Positions 25,955-31,242 of a DNA stretch of 31,242 nt are shown in pieces. How positions within the stretch are numbered: the first letter of the stretch is position 1; each line of letters starts with the position of its first letter. A model generated the notes under the pieces. That model was not told where the DNA came from, did no database searches, and worked only from the letters and a program-made list of their open reading frames with translations. This DNA comes from a virus. Lineage: Duplodnaviria; Caudoviricetes. The DNA lies in the IMG/VR virus record IMGVR_UViG_3300020043_000581, positions 1-31,242 of that record. One strand, given 5' to 3'. A program made the translations under genes and the position numbers.

Positions 25955-26205
25955 AGATTCCACAATTGAAACGCTGTTACATTATTGTTGAACTCTTGAA
26001 CGATTTGAAGATTCATTCCGGAAAAGAAATTCAACGAAAAGTCAATGAACGAATGGGTGCAAATTATTGTAAAAGTCAAATTGAAAAAGATTTGAGCTGG
26101 ATCAAATGGAATCTTGACATGGACGATTATTATTCATCTGGTCATGGTATTAAATTATATGAACCGCTTGACTTTTGGAAAGCGCTTAAAAACTATCTGG
26201 AATGA
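25951..26205 (+). CDS. Putative winged-HTH protein
   Basis: R..II.ELL...SGKEI...KSQIEKDL resembles the wHTH at the N-terminus of WYL regulators. Confidence 0.55.
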   Translation: MKIPQLKRCYIIVELLNDLKIHSGKEIQRKVNERMGANYCKSQIEKDLSWIKWNLDMDDYYSSGHGIKLYEPLDFWKALKNYLE

Positions 26206-26612
26206 ACGAAGACATCAAAGAACTTATTGCCGAATATAAACTGGACAAACCATGTCGCAAACGCGAAACTGTTTACAAACGATACTATCTTATGAACATT
26301 CTTCATTGCCGTTCACGGTTGTGTTTGCGTGAAATCGGTGAACTATTCAACCGCGATCATTCCAGTGTGATTCATGGATTGAAAGAACACAAGCGGTGGT
26401 GGTCACAACTTGACGAAGAATATCTTCGCGCAATTCATCCATTGCCGGAACTGGTGACCGATGAAGGACGGATTCCGAAGAATCAATTCTTTGATTGCGA
26501 AACGACTGAAGATTCAATCACGATTCGTGGAAAATTTACAAAACAAGTTTTGAAAGAATTTGAAAGACCATTGACAAAGACCGATATTTCACTTATCTTC
26601 GCACATTCATAA
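26202..26612 (+). CDS. DnaA domain-IV-like HTH protein
   Basis: LREIGELFNRDHSSVIHG matches the DnaA C-terminal signature. Confidence 0.75.
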   Translation: MNEDIKELIAEYKLDKPCRKRETVYKRYYLMNILHCRSRLCLREIGELFNRDHSSVIHGLKEHKRWWSQLDEEYLRAIHPLPELVTDEGRIPKNQFFDCETTEDSITIRGKFTKQVLKEFERPLTKTDISLIFAHS

Positions 26613-26634
26613 TACGTTTTGTTTAATTGGTTGG

Positions 26635-26661
26635 AAAGCGCTGGGAAACTGGCGCTTTTTT
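26635..26661 (+). terminator. Intrinsic terminator
   Basis: AAAGCGCTGG-GAAA-CTGGCGCTTT followed by TTT; two G-U pairs. Confidence 0.8.
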
Positions 26662-26836
26662 GCGTTACAGCGCGACAAAGTTGCGATTCTCTTATATACC
26701 CTGCCAGAAAAAAAAGCGGTATTTTTTAGGGGGGGGGGTAAAAACTTTTGTAATTTTGTCGCGCTTTGGTCGAAAGTCAATGTGGGGTGGTTTATAGGCG
26801 TTACAAAATGCGTTACAAAAATTTATTTTTGTCGCG
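26662..26836. other. Putative replication origin with iteron-like repeats
   Basis: GCGTTACA x3, GCGCGACAAA/TTTGTCGCG inverted copies, A8 and G10 runs; non-coding, upstream of the primase-helicase. Confidence 0.55.
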
Positions 26837-26848
26837 TTGTGTTTATGA

Positions 26849-26870
26849 ATGAAATTATTTTTTACTTTTG
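26849..26870 (+). promoter_or_regulatory. Putative host-sigma promoter for the replication operon
   Basis: ATGAAA-N8-TACTTTTG (TAnnTTTG). Confidence 0.65.
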
Positions 26871-26875
26871 TCACC

Positions 26876-26953
26876 ATGGCGCAAACGAAAGAATTTATTA
26901 ATGGGATTGACCGAGTAAGCACGCGCCATTGCTGAAAGGTCGTCCCATTTTTT
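26876..26953 (+). promoter_or_regulatory. Structured 5' leader with 19-codon uORF
   Basis: uORF 26876-26935; stem AATGGGA..GACC/GGTC.TCCCATT followed by T4; ATGGCGC/GCGCCAT complementarity. Confidence 0.5.
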
Positions 26954-26966
26954 ATGTGATATTAGA

Positions 26967-29354
26967 ATGATTCCAAACATTTCGGTCTTCAGGTCGTTAT
27001 TCAATGCAAAAGAAACACCGTTCACGATGAACGTGGTCGAAGTTTACAATCGAATCAAGAACGGTTATCCTGAACTTGTTTCGAAAATCAACCGACTTCG
27101 TGAAATGGACGAATCAACCGAAGCTTATCGTTCATTGAAAAATTCATTGCTGGCGATTATGTTCAACGGAACATTCAACCAGCGAACCGACAACGGCTTG
27201 ATTGAACATTCCGGGTTGTGTATCTTGGACTTCGACGACTATCCTGACCAAGAAACAATGAATCAAGACAAGCAAAGGTTCAAATCATTGCCGTTCGTGT
27301 TTATGGTCTTTACTTCACCTTCGAATAAAGGACTGAAGGTTGTTGTCAAGATACCACAATCAACGAAAGAAGAACACAAGCGACGATTCAAAGCGCTTGA
27401 ACTTGAATTCAATTCCGACTATTTCGACACGTCCAGTCAAAACGTTTCAAGGGTGTGTTTCGAATCTTACGATCCAGACGCTTACATGAACGAATTTTGT
27501 GACGAATTCACAACCATTGACGAAGAACGTGGTCACATCTTTACTGAACGTCCACCAGTGTGTCGATTAGTGGACGAATCAAAAATAATTGAACGAATCA
27601 TGAAGTTCGATTTCGGTGGTGAATTCAATTCAGGCAATCGGAACAATTACATTTTCAAGCTTTCAGCTTGTCTTTGTGAATACGGAATCACACGGGACGT
27701 TGCCGAATATCACCTTGAACAATTTGTGTCAAGTGATTTCACGAAAGCGGAACTGGCGAACACAATTAAAAGCGCTTATCGAACCGCGGACTTCAAAATC
27801 AAGTATTTCGAAGACAATGAAAAGCTAACAAAAGCGAAGCTGAAGATTCGTCAAGGAATCGCCACGAAGGACATTACTGAAGCGCTTGGTCTTGATGAAG
27901 AACAAATCGATGAAATCAAAAGCGATATTGAAAACAATCAAGACGTTTTCTGGACAATCACGCAATTGAAGACCGGGGAAAAGATTACAATTGAACCGAA
28001 CAATTACAGCGCTTTTCTTTCAAAACATGGATTCGGGAAATACTATCCTGAACGCGCTTTGTCACCTACCTTTGTTTTGGTAAAAGAAAACAAGGTTCGT
28101 TTGTCATCGGTTGAACAAATCAAAGATTTCGTGTTGAAATATCTGGAATCGCGATGTGAAATATCGGTGTGGAATTATTGCTCACGTTCGACGTATCTAT
28201 TCAGCGAAAATTTCCTGAACATGATTGATTCCATTGACGTCAAAATGCTTCAGGACACCAAGACCGAATCATTCATTCCATTCAAGAATGGTGTGGTCAC
28301 GATCACGAAGAAGGATGTCACGTTGAAAAGTTACATTGACGTGAACGGTTACATTTGGGAAAATCAAATCTTGAACCGGGACTTTGTTCAACTGGACGAC
28401 CACAAGAACGACTTTCAAGATTTCATTTCCAAGGTATCGAATAAAGATACAACCAGAACACAAGCGCTTGAATCAACACTTGGTTATTTGTTACACACTT
28501 ACAAAGACAAGACCGAACAAAAGGCAATCATTTTCAATGACCAAGAAATTGACGACAACGCGAATGGTGGTTCAGGAAAATCATTGATGTTGACGGCAAT
28601 CGGTTACTTCAGGAACATTGTCACCGTGGACGGAAAGCAATTCAATTCAATGAAAAATGACTTTGTTTACCAGCGCGTGAACCTTGACACGCAAATTCTT
28701 GCGTTCGACGACGTGAAAAAGAACTTTGACTTCGAACAATTGTTCAGTGTGGTGTCACAAGGAATCACCGTCAACCGAAAAAACAAGGACGAAATTTACA
28801 TTCCATTCGAAAGGTCACCGAAGATTGTGATCACCACGAACTATGTGATTGCTGGCGCTGGTTCAAGTCACGACCGACGAAGACACGAACTTGAATTTTA
28901 CCAGTATTTCAACGCGCAACATTCGCCATTAAAAGAATACGGTCGTTTGTTGTTTGATTCATGGTCACAAGATGACTGGTCAAAATTTGACAACTACATG
29001 ATTGCGAACGTTCAAAAATACCTAAACGAAGGATTGACCGCAACGACATCAATCAACGCGGACACGAAGCGATTCATTCAAGCAACATGCAAGGACTTCT
29101 TCGAATTCGTTCGTGAAGGCAATCTGGAACTTGACATTTATCACTACAATCAAACGAAGCTTCAGGAATTCCAAAATGAAACAAATTCATTCCGGGACTT
29201 GTCAACACAAAAGTTCAAAAAATGGGTGAAGGAATATGCAAATCACAAGGGGTACAAATACACCGAAGGTCACAACCATTCAGGTCGTTATTTTATCTTG
29301 ACTGAAGGTTCACCAGCGAATGAATTTACACCGAAAAACGATTGTCCATTTTAA
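26967..29354 (+). CDS. Primase-helicase (BT4734/VirE-N-like primase, PriCT-like domain, SF3 helicase)
   Basis: HSGLCILDFD, SPSNKGLK, SRVCFESYDP, GNRNN, Walker A GGSGKS, FDD and ITTN. Confidence 0.88.
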   Translation: MIPNISVFRSLFNAKETPFTMNVVEVYNRIKNGYPELVSKINRLREMDESTEAYRSLKNSLLAIMFNGTFNQRTDNGLIEHSGLCILDFDDYPDQETMNQDKQRFKSLPFVFMVFTSPSNKGLKVVVKIPQSTKEEHKRRFKALELEFNSDYFDTSSQNVSRVCFESYDPDAYMNEFCDEFTTIDEERGHIFTERPPVCRLVDESKIIERIMKFDFGGEFNSGNRNNYIFKLSACLCEYGITRDVAEYHLEQFVSSDFTKAELANTIKSAYRTADFKIKYFEDNEKLTKAKLKIRQGIATKDITEALGLDEEQIDEIKSDIENNQDVFWTITQLKTGEKITIEPNNYSAFLSKHGFGKYYPERALSPTFVLVKENKVRLSSVEQIKDFVLKYLESRCEISVWNYCSRSTYLFSENFLNMIDSIDVKMLQDTKTESFIPFKNGVVTITKKDVTLKSYIDVNGYIWENQILNRDFVQLDDHKNDFQDFISKVSNKDTTRTQALESTLGYLLHTYKDKTEQKAIIFNDQEIDDNANGGSGKSLMLTAIGYFRNIVTVDGKQFNSMKNDFVYQRVNLDTQILAFDDVKKNFDFEQLFSVVSQGITVNRKNKDEIYIPFERSPKIVITTNYVIAGAGSSHDRRRHELEFYQYFNAQHSPLKEYGRLLFDSWSQDDWSKFDNYMIANVQKYLNEGLTATTSINADTKRFIQATCKDFFEFVREGNLELDIYHYNQTKLQEFQNETNSFRDLSTQKFKKWVKEYANHKGYKYTEGHNHSGRYFILTEGSPANEFTPKNDCPF

Positions 29355-29365
29355 TTTTATATCTT

Positions 29366-29512
29366 ATGAATTATTTACTTATGTTAGCTATTATTCTCAC
29401 CATTTTCATCTGGTGTGTGTCGATTTATTTATTCGGTTGGTGGGGTGCGATTGGTTGTCTTGTCATTGGAATTTGTGGAACGTTGTGGATTGAAATCAAA
29501 GGACTGGAATGA
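29366..29512 (+). CDS. Small two-TM membrane peptide (48 aa, MNYLLMLAII...)
   Basis: Translated by hand; ATGA overlap with the methyltransferase. Confidence 0.6.
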   Translation: MNYLLMLAIILTIFIWCVSIYLFGWWGAIGCLVIGICGTLWIEIKGLE

Positions 29513-30117
29513 AAATAACGAATGAAGACAACATGGAATTGATGTCAAGGTATCCTGACAAACACTTCGACTTGGCGATTGTTGATCCTCCGTATGGATT
29601 AGAACGCTTTAAGAAAGGAGGGAGCCACGTAAATAAATACGGAAGCGAAAACGGACAATGGAACAATGAAAAACCAACCAAAGAGTATTTTAATGAACTT
29701 TTTAGGGTTAGTAAGAAACAAATTATATGGGGCGCAAATAACTTTGAATTACCAACAAGCGAGTATTTTATTGTATGGCAAAAATCAAACGCACAAGATT
29801 TTAGTTTTGCTATGTGCGAAATGGCTTGGACTAATTGTAAAGTTCCCGCAAAAGTTTATAAAAAATTACACGTTTCAGTTGATGACAAAAATAAAATTCA
29901 CCCAACACAAAAACCCATAGAACTTTACAAATGGCTTTTAGATAAATACGCAAAGCAAGGTGACAAGATTCTTGACACACACCTTGGTTCAGGTTCAATC
30001 GCGATTGCGTGTCATGATTATGGCTTTGATTTAACGGCTTGTGAACTTGACAAGGAATACTTCGACAAAGCAATGGAACGAATTAATAACCACAAAGCAC
30101 AAACAAAACTATTCTAA
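29509..30117 (+). CDS. DNA amino-methyltransferase (N6-adenine likely), beta class
   Basis: DPPY precedes HPTQKP and the SAM-binding LDTHLGSGS. Confidence 0.92.
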   Translation: MKITNEDNMELMSRYPDKHFDLAIVDPPYGLERFKKGGSHVNKYGSENGQWNNEKPTKEYFNELFRVSKKQIIWGANNFELPTSEYFIVWQKSNAQDFSFAMCEMAWTNCKVPAKVYKKLHVSVDDKNKIHPTQKPIELYKWLLDKYAKQGDKILDTHLGSGSIAIACHDYGFDLTACELDKEYFDKAMERINNHKAQTKLF

Positions 30118-30569
30118 TGAAGAAGGAAAATAAAGAACGACTGGACGCGCTGAAGCTGGCGAATGACATCGAAAGACATCCGTCTTTTCCGAAAGATTAC
30201 TTCGTCAAGAAAAAGTGGGACGACAAGACCGCAAACGGATTGACGAAGGCAATCACATCGTTCATCCAGTTCAACGGCTACCAAGCTGAACGAATCAACA
30301 CAATGGGTGTCGCAAGGGAAAACAAACGAACCGACGGGAAAGTCATCGGTGTGACTTGGACGAAGGGAACAACCACCGCTGGTTCAGCTGACATTTCAGC
30401 GACTATTCGTGGACGTTCAGTCAAGATTGAAGTCAAGGTCGGAAAAGACCGTCAAAGCGAAGCACAAAAGCGATACCAAGAATCAATCGAACGCGCTGGT
30501 GGTGTGTACATGATTGCGCGTGATTTCGATTCGTTTGTTGAATGGTTCGATGAATTCGTGAAGCAATGA
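30117..30569 (+). CDS. VRR-NUC-like nuclease (possible Holliday junction resolvase)
   Basis: GSADI...IEVK...DRQSEAQ...GGVY. Confidence 0.8.
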   Translation: MKKENKERLDALKLANDIERHPSFPKDYFVKKKWDDKTANGLTKAITSFIQFNGYQAERINTMGVARENKRTDGKVIGVTWTKGTTTAGSADISATIRGRSVKIEVKVGKDRQSEAQKRYQESIERAGGVYMIARDFDSFVEWFDEFVKQ

Positions 30570-31045
30570 TTGAAATCACAATCACACAAGAACAAATCTT
30601 GCGTGCTGAAATGCTGTACAAATTCAAAGCACTGAACAATTCAATTCGTGAAGGTGACGGAAATTTGACCGGTGCGCTTGGTGAAATCGTGGTATTCGAT
30701 CACTACACGAAAAAAGGTTGTGAAGTCGAACATTGTCAACACCATGATTTCGATTTAATGATTCAAGGTTACACGGTTGAAATCAAAACAAAAGGTGTCA
30801 ACACGATTCCGCTACCAGATCACACATGTCATGTGTCTAATTTCAACGCAAAACAACAATGTGAATTTTATTGCTTTGTCAATGTCAAGAATGATTTCAC
30901 GAAAGCTTGGTTGAAAGGAATGATTTCACGAACTCGATTTGATTCAATCAAGCAATTAAAAATGAAAGGTGATTTCGACAAAAATTTTCAATTCAGGTGT
31001 GACACTTGGATCGTGTTGAATTCTCAATTGACAAAAATTAATTGA
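30566..31045 (+). CDS. PD-(D/E)XK endonuclease-like protein
   Basis: GALGE...DFDL...VEIKT. Confidence 0.6.
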   Translation: MIEITITQEQILRAEMLYKFKALNNSIREGDGNLTGALGEIVVFDHYTKKGCEVEHCQHHDFDLMIQGYTVEIKTKGVNTIPLPDHTCHVSNFNAKQQCEFYCFVNVKNDFTKAWLKGMISRTRFDSIKQLKMKGDFDKNFQFRCDTWIVLNSQLTKIN

Positions 31046-31058
31046 AAATGTTTCACGA

Positions 31059-31080
31059 ATGAAAAATTTGTTTATCTTTG
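31059..31080 (+). promoter_or_regulatory. Putative host-sigma promoter for the recombination operon
   Basis: ATGAAA-N8-TATCTTTG (TAnnTTTG), 22 nt before ATG 31103. Confidence 0.65.
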
Positions 31081-31102
31081 GTAAAATTTTAATTCTTTAA
31101 TT

Positions 31103-31242
31103 ATGGCGACAACAAGAAAAACGACCGACACGGTCACACCTGAAACACCGAAAGGATTGTTTCACAAGCTTCATTCAGCGAAGCAACACATCGGAAAGGT
31201 AGCGAAGAACGCAACGAATCCACATTTTAAGAAAACATACGC
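31103..31242 (+). CDS. 5' part of the ERF-family annealing protein (continues at the window start)
   Basis: ATG GCG ACA ACA AGA... reads in frame into LFHKLHSAKQ. Confidence 0.85.
   Translation, partial: MATTRKTTDTVTPETPKGLFHKLHSAKQHIGKVAKNATNPHFKKTY
31122..31242. repeat. Terminal direct repeat, copy 2
   Basis: Identical to 1-121. Confidence 0.95.

Noticed and set aside
26202-26612. Full DnaA initiator
   Set aside because: Only the domain-IV-like signature is present; there is no AAA+ domain.
26900-26950. Hammerhead ribozyme or c-di-GMP riboswitch in the primase leader
   Set aside because: CTGAAAG does not match the CUGANGA core and the c-di-GMP-I architecture is absent; kept only as an unassigned structure.
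50-30639. Many minus-strand and nested alternative-frame ORFs in the track (e.g. 13478..14023, 7130..7492, 10593..10970)
   Set aside because: They shadow well-supported + strand genes and carry no recognisable motifs. Scarcity of CTA lowers antisense TAG stops and lengthens spurious ORFs.
1-31242. Prophage or temperate lifestyle, tRNA genes
   Set aside because: No integrase, CI-like repressor with peptidase domain, partition genes, flanking host genes or cloverleaf sequences were recognised.

Overview
The window looks like one complete, circularly permuted ~31.1-kb tailed dsDNA phage genome. Bases 1-121 are repeated exactly at 31122-31242, and the first gene runs across that junction from ATG 31103. 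The host is probably Bacteroidota (Flavobacteriia-like). Evidence for this: TAnnTTTG -7 promoter elements, A-rich start regions without Shine-Dalgarno sequences, a DUF3127-type SSB and a BT4734/VirE-N-type primase-helicase. All credible genes are on the + strand except one Stealth-like phosphoglycosyl transferase. Modules in order: recombination/SSB; phage sigma factor; LpxA-like acyltransferase and glycosyltransferase; terminase; tail genes with a -1 frameshifted chaperone; tape measure; head genes; portal; lysis; small early genes; putative origin; primase-helicase; DNA methyltransferase; nucleases. I saw no integrase, DNA polymerase, tRNA or CRISPR array. The most notable signals are: (i) a perfect 9-1-9 palindrome resembling the Flavobacteriia Fur box, overlapping an early promoter; (ii) a four-copy 19-bp late-promoter motif, one variant of which also forms a host promoter on the opposite strand for the antisense Stealth gene; (iii) a three-enzyme glycan-modification set; (iv) strong strand-symmetric GAG/CTC avoidance that exposes recently swapped segments; (v) a structured leader with a uORF before the primase. 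All family calls come from motif recognition by eye, not database searches.
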